Assembly (NCBI GenBank): GCA_958295925.1
Contig: CATQHL010000001.1
Coordinates: forward strand, 1,249,753-1,313,752
Length of the DNA: 64,000 nt
Source: an uncultured Acidimicrobiales bacterium
GTDB lineage: Bacteria; Actinomycetota; Acidimicrobiia; Acidimicrobiales; CATQHL01
Direction: 5' to 3'
In this document: positions 30,493 through 40,911 of the stretch, one piece after another
How positions within the stretch are numbered: position 1 is the first letter of the stretch
How the letters are laid out: each line of letters opens with the position of its first letter
Program-made: the position numbers and the translations under genes
Notes under the pieces: model-generated
Seen by the model: only the letters and a program-made list of their open reading frames with translations
What the model was told of the DNA's origin: nothing
Database searches by the model: none

Positions 30493-32394
30493 ATGACAAC
30501 CCAACTACCAGGGAAAGTGGACAACGAGACGACCGCTCACAGGGTGCTGCGCGAAACGTTCGGCTTTGACTCTTTCCGCCCCGGTCAGAAGAGGGTGATC
30601 GACGCCCTAACAGCCGACGAGCACGTGCTGGCCGTGATGCCGACGGGGGCGGGCAAGTCGCTCTGCTATCAGATTCCGGCCCTGATGCGGGGTGGCCTGA
30701 CGCTGGTCGTCTCGCCGCTTATCGCCCTTATGGAAGACCAGGTGGCGGCCCTGCGGCTTACCGGCGTGCCTGCCTTTGCCATCAACTCCGCCAAATCACG
30801 TGAGGAAAACCTCGACCTTTGGTATGAGGCCGTAGGCAACAAGACGGCGCTGCTTTACCTCGCCCCGGAGCGGCTGATGACTGAGCGGATGCTCGCCGCT
30901 CTGCAGCGCCAGAGGGTGAGGCTGATTGTCGTGGACGAGGCGCACTGCATATCCAAGTGGGGGCCTGCTTTCCGCCCGGAGTATGAAGCACTGGCCGAGT
31001 TGACCAACGTGCTGCCAGGAGCGCCCATCGGTGCGTTCACGGCCACAGCGGACGAGGCAACCCGGGCGGATGTGATGGAGAAGCTCTTCGAGCGCCCGGC
31101 CAGGCTGTTCGTGTCGGGATTCGACCGCCCGAACATCCACCTCGCCGTGGAGCGGAACTCGCCCAAGCAGCGAATCGTGGAGTTCGTGCGCGACCGCGCC
31201 GGTCAGAGCGGCATCGTCTACTGCCTGAGTCGCAAAGACACCGAGACGACCGCCGAGATGCTTGTCGAGGCGGGTGTGGCTGCTCTGCCCTACCACGCAG
31301 GGTTGGGAGCAACGGAGCGGGCAAAAAACCAGAACGAGTTCATGACGCGCCCCGGGGTTGTGATGGTGGCCACCATCGCCTTCGGGATGGGCATCGACAA
31401 GCCCGACATCCGCTACGTGCTGCACTGCACCATCCCTGCGAGCGTTGAGGCGTACTACCAGGAACTCGGTCGCGCAGGTCGCGACGGTGAAGCGGCCGAG
31501 GCGCTGATGCTTTACAGATTTGACGACATCCGGCGGCGGCGCAGCCTCTTTGACGGGGACGAGCACGACAACGAAGACCATCGGCGGCGCGAGCACAAGC
31601 GCTTCGACGCGTTGATTGGCTACTGCGAATCGGCGAAGTGCCGCCGTCAGGTGCTGCTGGGCTACTTCGGGGAGCGCTCCGAGCAGTGTGGCCACTGCGA
31701 TCTATGCGACAACCCGCCCGAGGTGCTCGACGGCAGGGAGTCGGCGCAAAAGGTGTTCTTGGCGGTGTGCGGGACGGGCCAGCGATTCGGGCAGGGGCAA
31801 ATTATCGACGTGCTGCTGGGAGCGGAGACGTCAAAGGTGAAGCAGTTCGGCCATCACGCCCTGGCCGTATACGGCACCGGGCGGGAGTTCGACAAGGTGG
31901 AATGGCGGTCGTTTATCCATCAGATGGTGGCGGCCGGCCACCTGGCGATTGACTATCGGGGCCACGGGGGTCTCTCCCTGACGGCGCTGGGGGCGAAGTT
32001 GGCGACCGGCGACACGGGATTCAGCTACCGGCAGGACACGGTGAGGGCTGGGCGCGGACGTGGCGAGCGGCGAAGCGCCGATCGGGAGCCGGAACGGGCA
32101 GAAGCAGGAGCCGTTGCCGGCAGCGAGCGAAAAGCCATTGAACTCAACGGGGACGATCAGGCGCTGTTCACCAAACTCAAAGAGTTGCGTCTCTCCTTGG
32201 CGCAAGAACGCGAAGTGCCGGCGTTCGTGATCTTCCACGACACCACGCTGCGGGAGATGGCAACGCGCCGACCGGCAACGAAGGAGGAGTTCGCCGCAAT
32301 CCGAGGAGTGGGCGCCGCCAAGCTGGAGCAGTTTGCTGCGGCCTTCCTGGCCGAGATACGGACATTTTCAAATCTTGAAGCCAACGTGCGCTGA
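30493..32394 (+). CDS. recQ: ATP-dependent DNA helicase RecQ
   Basis: MPTGAGKSLCYQIP, VDEAHCISKWG, ATIAFGMGIDKPD, YYQELGRAGRDG, RQC cysteines, HRDC tail. Confidence 0.95.
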   Translation: MTTQLPGKVDNETTAHRVLRETFGFDSFRPGQKRVIDALTADEHVLAVMPTGAGKSLCYQIPALMRGGLTLVVSPLIALMEDQVAALRLTGVPAFAINSAKSREENLDLWYEAVGNKTALLYLAPERLMTERMLAALQRQRVRLIVVDEAHCISKWGPAFRPEYEALAELTNVLPGAPIGAFTATADEATRADVMEKLFERPARLFVSGFDRPNIHLAVERNSPKQRIVEFVRDRAGQSGIVYCLSRKDTETTAEMLVEAGVAALPYHAGLGATERAKNQNEFMTRPGVVMVATIAFGMGIDKPDIRYVLHCTIPASVEAYYQELGRAGRDGEAAEALMLYRFDDIRRRRSLFDGDEHDNEDHRRREHKRFDALIGYCESAKCRRQVLLGYFGERSEQCGHCDLCDNPPEVLDGRESAQKVFLAVCGTGQRFGQGQIIDVLLGAETSKVKQFGHHALAVYGTGREFDKVEWRSFIHQMVAAGHLAIDYRGHGGLSLTALGAKLATGDTGFSYRQDTVRAGRGRGERRSADREPERAEAGAVAGSERKAIELNGDDQALFTKLKELRLSLAQEREVPAFVIFHDTTLREMATRRPATKEEFAAIRGVGAAKLEQFAAAFLAEIRTFSNLEANVR

Positions 32395-32457
32395 CGTTTC
32401 TTGACGCGTTGGCGCCTCCACGCGTTTTGAGGACTGATGGCAAGCTAAGAAGGCGAT

Positions 32458-32954
32458 ATGAAGCTCAGGTGTCTTTGTTCTCTGGTTGGTGTCGTGTTGT
32501 TGGCGGGGGCGTGTGTGGGGGGCTCCGGGGGGTTGGTGGTGGATGGTGGTTCCGCTGGGGATGATGTGTTTGAGGGGGGCCCGGTGGCCGGCGAGTTGCC
32601 TGTGGGTGAGTTGGTGGCAGTCGGCCGTCTCAGCGGCGGAGCGGCGGGTGGCGGCGGGGAAGCGTCCGCCACCTGGGCGCAGGCGGATCTCCCACCCACC
32701 GCCCGGTTTTGACAAAAGCGGAAAACAGCAGGTGGGACAGGTTCTTCGCCTCCGTCCGCGTACCTTCTGCAAAATCAGGCAACACCCAAGGAAGTGATCC
32801 CCCTTTAGAAAGTAACTTGATCGGGGCTGTGGGAAGCGGGAAAGTAGCAGACTTCACAGAGCAAGCGACGGTCGACCCCGACAATCAGACCACGACGAGG
32901 AGCATCACGCTCCCCGCACCGCGTCGGGCGGAACAACCGGAACGGAACACTTGA
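32458..32954 (+). pseudogene. Decayed, internally deleted relative of the Fn3 lipoproteins
   Basis: Lipobox LLAGAC and Gly-rich linker, then ATW and, after a frameshift, LTKAENSRWDRFFASVRV, matching LTPEENTLWNQYFNSLNV of 1281-5369. Confidence 0.6.
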
Positions 32955-33231
32955 AAGTGGGGGCTGCCAACCGAAACTCTGGAACGAAGCAAGCATCGAC
33001 TAGATCGTCGCCTGCAACAACGACTGCCGTAAGTCTCACAAGGTAAACCTCGGCAACTTCGAAGGCGGATCCGGCAATTACGAATGGTCTTAGCTTCCAT
33101 CCAGGGAGCAGGGCGCAGTAATCACGCAGGTTCGCCTAAGTCCTACTGAGCGAGATTATCCTTTATAGTTATATGTAGTAACACAAATTGAACTAAGCAT
33201 CTGCCTGTGCGCGCCACAACAAGGAAAAAAT

Positions 33232-35511
33232 ATGTTCGAAAAAATCATTTCAATACGCAACTTAGGTGTATTTGCTGCACAACAGAGCTGCACCTTCAAA
33301 AAGTTTACCTTAATTTATGCTAGAAACGGTTTAGGAAAGAGCACGCTATGCGCAATGTTTAGATCTCTTGAAACAGATAATGCAGATCACCTTATCGGAA
33401 GACAAAGGCTGGGTCAACCAGAAGCACCTGAGGTGTGTCTCCTAATTGATAGAAAGCAATGCAAATATGAAGATAACAGATGGACTCGAGCATTTCCTGA
33501 AATAATAATCTTTGACAATGAATTCATTGCAAACAATGTATACACAGAAATTGTGGAAGCCCGTCATAAGCGTCGCTTTCATCATATTATGCTTGGAGAA
33601 GAAGGAGTAGAGTTAAGAAAAAAAGAATCAGAGATATCAACTAAGAAGCGAGAGATAAAGAAGAAAACTGACGATATTAAGAAGTCAATTCAACAGACTG
33701 TTCCCACCGATTTCGACTTCGAGGAATTTCTATCACTGCAAGAAATTCCAAATATCGATACTATGATTAATGAGCAAGAAAAACTTGTAAAAGCAATAAC
33801 TGAAGAAGGTCAGATTCTTTGCCATCCAGGGATTCCGAAACTATCGATGCCTTTACTCCCCGACAATCTGTTTGACTCTCTGCAAAAAAAATTCGAAAAC
33901 CTTTCACTTGAAGCAGAAGAAACCTTGAATCAACACCTTGCAGCCCATGGAATGAAATCCGCTGATAAAGATTGGCTTGTTGAAGGCTTAAGTTACATTT
34001 CTGAGGAGTCATGCCCATTTTGTGGGCAAAACGTACAGGGGCTTCCCCTAATTGGTGCTTATCGTTCAGTGTTCAACGAAACATTTCGATCATTTCAGCA
34101 TTCAATAGACAAGATGATAGATGATATAGGTAAGCAATTCGGCGAACTTGCAATTAGCGAATTTAAGCATCTCGTTTCCCAGCATAAACGTGAGCTAGAG
34201 TTTTGGAATCAACATTGTGAAATAGATGAACAAATATATATAATTTCAGACAGTCTGACTGAATTGCTCCGTTACCTGGGTAGAGCAGCAATAAGCACGT
34301 TGATAGAAAAGAAAAATTCGCCACATAAGCCAATAAGTTGTTCTGACGAATTCAAATCGAAATATGAGTCATACAAGAACGAGCTTTCTGAAATTACAGA
34401 ATTAAACTCCAATTTTTGTGAAATTAATTCAAAAATCGAAGAAAGGAAGCAACAAGTTGGTGCATCTGGTCTAGTGGAGGAAACGCGAAAACTTGATAAC
34501 TTGCGAGTTTCCAAAATACGATACCAAGATTGCACTAGAAAATTATGTGAAAACTTTACAGAACAGTCTAAGCTACTTAAGAAACTCGATAATGAAGTTA
34601 AAGAAGTTCGAAGTCGGCTAAAGAATTATTCTGACAGTGCCGTTGAACCTTTTGCAGACCGAATAAATTCTTTATTGAAAGATTTCGGGACTAGTTTCAG
34701 AATCGCTAAAATTGAAAACAGCTTTAAAGGTGGCGAACCTCAGTCAGAATATTGCATAGAAATAAACGAAGAGCAAGTTCCACTTGGCACAAGTAAAACC
34801 CCTCTTTCTAAACCGAGTCTCAGGAATACGTTAAGCTCAGGAGATCGATCTACACTAGCGTTTGCATTTTTTCTCTCTCAGTTAGGCAAAGATCCTCTGA
34901 TGAATCAAAAAATAGTAATATTCGATGATCCATTTGGTAGCATGGACAGATTTCGAAGGCAGCAAACAGTATACAGCATTGTCGACACCTCAGAGAAAAG
35001 CAAGCAAACAATTGTTCTTTCACATGACGTAGACTTCTTGAAACTAGTCTTCCGTGAGAATATAATCAACAAATCTGAACTTATCACTTTGCAGTTGTCC
35101 GCTAAACAGAAAAATCGTGTCATCATAGAAAATGCTGACTTTGATAATATTGATCAGAATCCAGCCGATCAAGATATTGAAGATTTGCAAAACTATCTTA
35201 CAAACAGTGTTGGGAATGAATTAGATATAATTAGGAAACTTCGTCCTCTTCTTGAAACGCACTTGCGCAAGAATTATCCAAATTTAGCATCCGGTAGTGC
35301 CAATATAGCCGGATTTCTTTCAAATATTGAAAATCTGAATGATGCCCATCCGCTCAAGGATCAGATTCAAAGAATTCACGGTATAAATAATTTCACAAAA
35401 ATATATCACCATGGCAACGAAATTAATCGTCGCAACGAATCCATAGATCCTGGTGAATTGAAGACTTTTGTCAAACAAACTCTTGAGATAATTGGTTATC
35501 CTATTGATTAA
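33232..35511 (+). CDS. Rad50/SMC-like ABC ATPase, AAA_13/RloC-like, probable defence protein
   Basis: IYARNGLGKST, coiled coil with CPFCGQ zinc hook, LSSGD signature, IVIFDDPFGSMD, VLSHD, helical C-terminal domain; strongly AT-rich. Confidence 0.75.
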   Translation: MFEKIISIRNLGVFAAQQSCTFKKFTLIYARNGLGKSTLCAMFRSLETDNADHLIGRQRLGQPEAPEVCLLIDRKQCKYEDNRWTRAFPEIIIFDNEFIANNVYTEIVEARHKRRFHHIMLGEEGVELRKKESEISTKKREIKKKTDDIKKSIQQTVPTDFDFEEFLSLQEIPNIDTMINEQEKLVKAITEEGQILCHPGIPKLSMPLLPDNLFDSLQKKFENLSLEAEETLNQHLAAHGMKSADKDWLVEGLSYISEESCPFCGQNVQGLPLIGAYRSVFNETFRSFQHSIDKMIDDIGKQFGELAISEFKHLVSQHKRELEFWNQHCEIDEQIYIISDSLTELLRYLGRAAISTLIEKKNSPHKPISCSDEFKSKYESYKNELSEITELNSNFCEINSKIEERKQQVGASGLVEETRKLDNLRVSKIRYQDCTRKLCENFTEQSKLLKKLDNEVKEVRSRLKNYSDSAVEPFADRINSLLKDFGTSFRIAKIENSFKGGEPQSEYCIEINEEQVPLGTSKTPLSKPSLRNTLSSGDRSTLAFAFFLSQLGKDPLMNQKIVIFDDPFGSMDRFRRQQTVYSIVDTSEKSKQTIVLSHDVDFLKLVFRENIINKSELITLQLSAKQKNRVIIENADFDNIDQNPADQDIEDLQNYLTNSVGNELDIIRKLRPLLETHLRKNYPNLASGSANIAGFLSNIENLNDAHPLKDQIQRIHGINNFTKIYHHGNEINRRNESIDPGELKTFVKQTLEIIGYPID

Positions 35512-35598
35512 TATAGGTAAATTCTCGAGCTAGAGAAAGTCGTGACACTCAAGTACTCATATTTGCTGTTTGATGCTGTGTTGATGGCGGGGACGTTC

Positions 35599-37155
35599 TC
35601 AGCCGCCGAGCACTGCAAGCGTGGCGTCGCCCGCCAGGTTCAGCAGAGGGGCTGGCCATACGCCGAAGAACAGCGTCACCGCAGCGCAGACAGCCACCAC
35701 GAAGCCGACAGAGCGGGGAACAGCCACAGGCGGGCGCGAATCCGAGTCCTCGTCGCCTGAACGCGAGTCATCCGCCAAGCCGACGCCCGACTTCTGCGAC
35801 GCAAGGGCGTCGCCGTCCGCGCCGGGGCGCACAAGATACATCCGCACCACCAGGCGCAGATACACGAACGCCGCCACCACGGCGCCGAGCATCGACACGG
35901 CAGCCAGCCAGTAGGTGCGAGACTGCACGGCTGCGCCGATCACTTCGAACTTGGCCCAGAAGCCCGTGGTGAACGGCAGGCCGGCCTGGGCCAGCAACAG
36001 CAGCGTGAAACCCAGTGCCAGCCAGGGCGACCGACGTGCCAGGCCGTCGTAGGCCGCGAGCGGCTGAGAGCCGGAGGCGTCTCGTCCCATGACCATGACC
36101 ACTGCGAAACTGCCCAGGGCCATGAAGGCGTAGACGCCCAGGTAGAGGAGGGAGGCCGAGGTGCCGTTGGCGCCGGCCGACTCCAGTCCGACCAGGATGA
36201 ATCCGGCATGGCCGATGGATGAGTAGGCAAGCAGCCTGCGCACGTCGCCGGAAATGACCCCGAGGGCCGATCCCGCCAGCACTGTGATCACTGCAACTAC
36301 CGCAACGGCTGGCCGCCAGTCGGCGCTGCTCGCGGAGAACGTTCCGGCGAAGAGACGCAGCAGGGCGGCGAAACCCGCTGCCTTCACCCCGGCCGCCATG
36401 TAGGCAACGGCAGGTGAGGGTGCGCCTTCGTAAACGTCGGGCGTCCAGGCGTGGAAGGGCACGGCGGCCACCTTGAAGAACAGGCCGACCAGCAGCAGGG
36501 CGAAACCGGCCAGGAGCATGCCCCGGGCGTTCGAGCCTGCGCCTGCGGCCAGGGCGGCCGCTACGGAATCCAGCTTCGTCGAACCTGCGGCCCCGTAAAT
36601 GAGAGCCGCCCCGTAGAGAAAGAAGGCCGAGGCGAACGCCCCCAGCACGAAGTACTTGAGGCCGGCTTCCTGAGACCCCGCTCGACGCAAGTCGAGGGCC
36701 GCCAGCACGTACGCCGCAATGGAGAGCACTTCCAGACCCAGGAAGAGCACGATCAGGTCGTTGGCCGACGCAAGGGTCACCCCCCCGGCGGCCGAGAGCA
36801 GCAGAAGAACGCTGAACTCCTCGGGAGGGAGGCCGGCTCGACGGATAGAGAAAGGTGCGAACACCAGCGCCAGGAGAGCGGCGATCACTACGACCCCGCT
36901 CAGGAAGACGGCGAACCCGTCGATCTGAACCGTGCCGGCGATTGTGCTGAACGCTCCGCGTGAGGGATCCTGCACCCGCACCCACTGCCAGACGACGCTG
37001 CCGAAAGCGGCCAGCGTGAGACCGATGCCCAAGACGTTGGGCAGCCACCACGGCGCCCGCTTGCGAACCAGGGTTCCCAGCGTGAGCATCACCAGCGAAC
37101 CGCCGCCCAGGAAAATCTGGGGCAACAGGGCAGCCCAGTCCACTGAAGGGCTCAT
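35599..37155 (-). CDS. nuoN: Subunit N (operon 2)
   Basis: EAGLKYF, FKVAAVPFHAWTPDVYEGAP. Confidence 0.94.
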   Translation of the reverse strand: MSPSVDWAALLPQIFLGGGSLVMLTLGTLVRKRAPWWLPNVLGIGLTLAAFGSVVWQWVRVQDPSRGAFSTIAGTVQIDGFAVFLSGVVVIAALLALVFAPFSIRRAGLPPEEFSVLLLLSAAGGVTLASANDLIVLFLGLEVLSIAAYVLAALDLRRAGSQEAGLKYFVLGAFASAFFLYGAALIYGAAGSTKLDSVAAALAAGAGSNARGMLLAGFALLLVGLFFKVAAVPFHAWTPDVYEGAPSPAVAYMAAGVKAAGFAALLRLFAGTFSASSADWRPAVAVVAVITVLAGSALGVISGDVRRLLAYSSIGHAGFILVGLESAGANGTSASLLYLGVYAFMALGSFAVVMVMGRDASGSQPLAAYDGLARRSPWLALGFTLLLLAQAGLPFTTGFWAKFEVIGAAVQSRTYWLAAVSMLGAVVAAFVYLRLVVRMYLVRPGADGDALASQKSGVGLADDSRSGDEDSDSRPPVAVPRSVGFVVAVCAAVTLFFGVWPAPLLNLAGDATLAVLGG

Positions 37156-38714
37156 GGCGACGCCTGCCCGACGGATGGACGGGCGGAATCCGCCCCGGAC
37201 GGGGCGTGCTCCTCCAGATGCTGCACCAGATGCTCCACCGAGGGCTCCATGCGATCGAGCACCGGTCGGGGGTAGATGCCCAGGAAAAGGATGAGCGCAA
37301 GCAGCGGCGCCACCACCAGGCGCTCCCGCCAGGAGAGGTCGGGCAACTTGGCGTTCTCACCGGTCGCGCGGCCCCAGAACACCCGACCGAAGGCCCAGAG
37401 CAGGTAGACGGCGGCAAGGATCACGCCGACAGTGGCGGCTACAGCCCACCAGCGGTGCGAGGAAAACGCTCCCAGCAGCACCAGGAACTCGCCTACAAAC
37501 CCGTTGAGGCCTGGAAGCCCCACGGAGGCGAGCGTCACCAGCAGGAACACGGCGGCCATAATCGGGGCGGGGCGCGCCAAGCCACCCAACTCGGATATCT
37601 CCCGCGTGTGCCGGCGTTCGTAGAGCCAGCCCACCAGCAGGAACAGCGCGCCGGTGGTGATGCCGTGGTTCACCATCTGGAGAAGACCGCCGCTAAGGCC
37701 CTCGACGTTGAGTGCGAAGATGCCCAGGACGATGAAACCCAGGTGTGCCACAGAGGAGTAGGCGATTAGACGTTTGAGGTCGCGCTGCATGGCGGCCACC
37801 GCCGCGCCGTAGACAATTCCCACCACCCCGAAGGTGAGCATGAGCGGCGCAAAGAAGCGGGAGGCCTCTGGAAACAGATAGAGCCCGAAGCGCACGAACC
37901 CGTAGGTGCCCAGCTTCAGCAGCACGCCAGCCAAAATCACAGAACCCGCTGTGGGGGCATCGGTGTGGGCGTCGGGCAGCCAGGTGTGCAGACCGGCCAA
38001 CGGCACCTTCACCGCGAATCCCAGGGCGAAGGCCAGGAACGCCCACCGGGCGGCGGAAGCGGAAATCACCTGGCTCTCGGCGATGGTCACAAGATCAAAG
38101 GTGAGTGGGACGCCGGCTGCGGCTGAATGCAGGAAAGCCGTGGCGAGCACCCCGACGAGCATCAGGGCGGACCCGAACATCGTGAAGAGAAAGAACTTCA
38201 CCGCCGAACGGCGGGCGTTGCCGTGCCCCCACTGCCCGATAAGGAAGTACATAGGAACCAGCACGACCTCGAAGAAGAGGAAGAACAGGAGCAAGTCAAG
38301 CGCCAGGAAGACACCCAGGCAGCCGAACTCCAAGATCAGCAGCCAGACGAAGTACGACTTCCGGTCTCTCGAAGGGGAGGCGGCGAGGGTGGCAAGCGGG
38401 AACAGCAATGCCGTGAGCGCCAGCATGAACAGCGAGATTCCGTCTACCCCGAGCTTCCAGCTGAACCCGATCCGGGAGACCCAGCTCTGGTCAATCAAAT
38501 AGGCGAAGCCTCCGGCCCCGGCGGTGTAGTCCACCACCACCCAGGCCACGAGCGCAGCGGCGGCCAGCATGAACAGCGCGGCGACGGGCTGAAGCATCGA
38601 CGAGCGGCGCGGAAGCACCGCCAGCACCACGGCGCCGACGAGCGGCGTCAGCACCACGGCCACAAGCACGGCGGGAAAATCCGGCGTGGAGGCGGCAGCC
38701 AGCACCACGTCCAT
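37152..38714 (-). CDS. nuoM: Subunit M (operon 2)
   Basis: GVDGIS, HTWLPDAHTDAPT, LLKLGTYG. Confidence 0.95.
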   Translation of the reverse strand: MDVVLAAASTPDFPAVLVAVVLTPLVGAVVLAVLPRRSSMLQPVAALFMLAAAALVAWVVVDYTAGAGGFAYLIDQSWVSRIGFSWKLGVDGISLFMLALTALLFPLATLAASPSRDRKSYFVWLLILEFGCLGVFLALDLLLFFLFFEVVLVPMYFLIGQWGHGNARRSAVKFFLFTMFGSALMLVGVLATAFLHSAAAGVPLTFDLVTIAESQVISASAARWAFLAFALGFAVKVPLAGLHTWLPDAHTDAPTAGSVILAGVLLKLGTYGFVRFGLYLFPEASRFFAPLMLTFGVVGIVYGAAVAAMQRDLKRLIAYSSVAHLGFIVLGIFALNVEGLSGGLLQMVNHGITTGALFLLVGWLYERRHTREISELGGLARPAPIMAAVFLLVTLASVGLPGLNGFVGEFLVLLGAFSSHRWWAVAATVGVILAAVYLLWAFGRVFWGRATGENAKLPDLSWRERLVVAPLLALILFLGIYPRPVLDRMEPSVEHLVQHLEEHAPSGADSARPSVGQASP

Positions 38715-40594
38715 CAGAGGCCCGCCCGCACCAGGAAGTAGATCATCAGGGCCACGGCCCCCGCAGCCAGCGCAAGTGCGTACCGGCGCACCAACCCGTT
38801 CTGAACCCTTCGCAGCAACCCGCCGGCGCGCCGAGGCAGGGCGGCAACCTGCTTTACCGCTCCATCTACCACTGAGGCGTCAAAACGTGCCAGGGCGGAA
38901 AAAAGGCCCTTGCCTGGGCCGCCGACGAAGTTGCTCACAGCGTCGTCGTAACCCCAGGCGCGGGCAAAAACCCGACGCTCGATCTTCTCTGGCGGCACCC
39001 GCCCCCGCAGATAGATGGCCCAGGCCGCCAGCAGGCCCGCCGCGGCGGCCACGATCGCGGCGGCGGCCAGAACCCACTTGGTGCCGCCACCGAACCCCGG
39101 CTCGGCGGAGTGATGTCCAAGGGACGGCTCAAGCCAACGACCAAGGAATTCCACGCCGTGCGAAAACGGCAGGTTGAGCACACCTGCGGTCGCAGCCAGG
39201 GCGGCCAGCGCAATCAGGGGGATGGTCATCAACCGGGGGGACTCGTGAGGGTCTGCCTCGTCGGCGTTCCAGCGTCTCTCACCGAAGAAGGTCAGAAACA
39301 TCAGGCGGCTCATGTAGAGGGCGGTGAGAAGCGCCGCCAGCAGCAGGAGCGCCCAGATGACCTTGTTGTAGCCCCACGCCCCTGCCAGGATTTCATCCTT
39401 TGACCAGAACCCCGAAAACGGCGGCACCCCCGCAATGGCCAGCCATCCCACCCCGAACGTCAGGGTGGTGACGGGCATCAGGCGCGCCAGCCCCCCGTAG
39501 CGACGTATGTCCTGCTGACCGCCCATCCCGTGGATGACCGACCCTGCGGCCAGGAACAGCAGCGCCTTGAAGAAGGCGTGCGTGACCATGTGGAAGATGG
39601 CCGCCGTGTAGGCACCCGCCCCGACGGCTGCGAACATGAAGCCGAGCTGGCTGATGGTGCTGTAGGCCAGCACCTTTTTGATGTCGCTGGCGGCCAGGGC
39701 GATGGTGGCGGCCAGGGCCGCCGTCGCAAGGGCGACGCCAGTTATAACGTCGCCCAGCCAGGGCGAGGACTCCTCCAGCAGGGGGCTGAAGCGCACCAGG
39801 AGATACACCCCGGAGGTGACCATCGTTGCGGCGTGGATCAGCGCCGAGACTGGTGTGGGGCCGGCCATTGCGTCGGGCAGCCATACGTAGAGCGGGAACT
39901 GAGCCGACTTCCCTGCGGCGCCCAGCATCAGGCACAGGAGAATGGCGGTTGCCGTGCTGTTGGCTGCGTGCCCCTCAAGGATGCCGGCGTAGCTGAGCGT
40001 CCCGTAGGCGCCGAACGCGAAGAACATCGCCAACAGGAAGCCGAAGTCGCCCACCCGGTTTGTGATGAAGGCCTTCTTTCCCGCCACGGCGTTGGCCTCC
40101 TCGCCGTACCAGAAGGAAATCAGCAGGTAGGAGCAGGCACCCACGCCCTCCCAGCCAAGGAACGTCACCAGCAGGTTGTCGCCCAGAACCAGCAGGAGCA
40201 TTGAGAACACGAACAGGTTGAGATACAGAAAAAAACGCGGGTAGTTCTCGTCGCCGTGCATGTAGGCGATGGAGTAGACGTGAATCAGGGCGCTGACGCC
40301 TGTGATGAAAAGGATCATCGTGACCGACAGGGGATCCACCAGGAATCCGAGGTCGGCTGAGAAGTCTCCGATCGGCACCCAGCTGAACAGCTTGACGACG
40401 ACCGAACGCTCGTGGCCATCGAGGCTCAGCAGACCGCCGAGCACCACCAGGGAGGCCGCGAAGGAGATGCCGACCGCGGCTGTGGCGAGTTGGCCCGACC
40501 GCGGCTCACCCAGGCGTCGGCCAAAGAGTGTCAGTGCCGCCACACCCACCAGCGGTGCCAACGGGACTACCCAGATGAGCTCCGCCAGAGCCAA
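38714..40594 (-). CDS. nuoL: Subunit L (operon 2)
   Basis: GKSAQFPLYVWLPDAMAGPTPVSALIHAATMV. Confidence 0.95.
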   Translation of the reverse strand: MALAELIWVVPLAPLVGVAALTLFGRRLGEPRSGQLATAAVGISFAASLVVLGGLLSLDGHERSVVVKLFSWVPIGDFSADLGFLVDPLSVTMILFITGVSALIHVYSIAYMHGDENYPRFFLYLNLFVFSMLLLVLGDNLLVTFLGWEGVGACSYLLISFWYGEEANAVAGKKAFITNRVGDFGFLLAMFFAFGAYGTLSYAGILEGHAANSTATAILLCLMLGAAGKSAQFPLYVWLPDAMAGPTPVSALIHAATMVTSGVYLLVRFSPLLEESSPWLGDVITGVALATAALAATIALAASDIKKVLAYSTISQLGFMFAAVGAGAYTAAIFHMVTHAFFKALLFLAAGSVIHGMGGQQDIRRYGGLARLMPVTTLTFGVGWLAIAGVPPFSGFWSKDEILAGAWGYNKVIWALLLLAALLTALYMSRLMFLTFFGERRWNADEADPHESPRLMTIPLIALAALAATAGVLNLPFSHGVEFLGRWLEPSLGHHSAEPGFGGGTKWVLAAAAIVAAAAGLLAAWAIYLRGRVPPEKIERRVFARAWGYDDAVSNFVGGPGKGLFSALARFDASVVDGAVKQVAALPRRAGGLLRRVQNGLVRRYALALAAGAVALMIYFLVRAGL

Positions 40595-40606
40595 GACCGG
40601 CGCCTC

Positions 40607-40909
40607 TCAGCCGCTCAGGGAAGACACGTCGTCGGCGGTTGCCCCGGGGCGACGCCGCATGACGGCCACCACGATTGCCAGCCCAACCACCGCCTCGGCT
40701 GCGGCAACGACCAGCACGAAGAGGACGGATATCTGCCCGCCCAGATCACCCATCTGCCGCGCAAGGGCCACGAAGGTGACGCTCACGGCGTTCAGCATGA
40801 GTTCCACGCACATGAACATCACCAAGGGGTTTCGCCGCACGAGCAGCCCGAAGGTGCCAAGGGCGAAGACGACGGCACCGAGGGCCAAGTACCAATACGT
40901 GGCGACCAT
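40607..40909 (-). CDS. nuoK: Subunit K (operon 2); start adjusted to ATG 40909
   Basis: RRNPLVMFMCVELMLNA...VAAAEAVVGLAI. Confidence 0.93.
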   Translation of the reverse strand: MVATYWYLALGAVVFALGTFGLLVRRNPLVMFMCVELMLNAVSVTFVALARQMGDLGGQISVLFVLVVAAAEAVVGLAIVVAVMRRRPGATADDVSSLSG

Positions 40910-40911
40910 GC

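Noticed and set aside
23084..35511. Integrative or transposable element boundaries for the defence island
   Set aside because: No integrase, transposase or flanking direct repeats could be identified by eye
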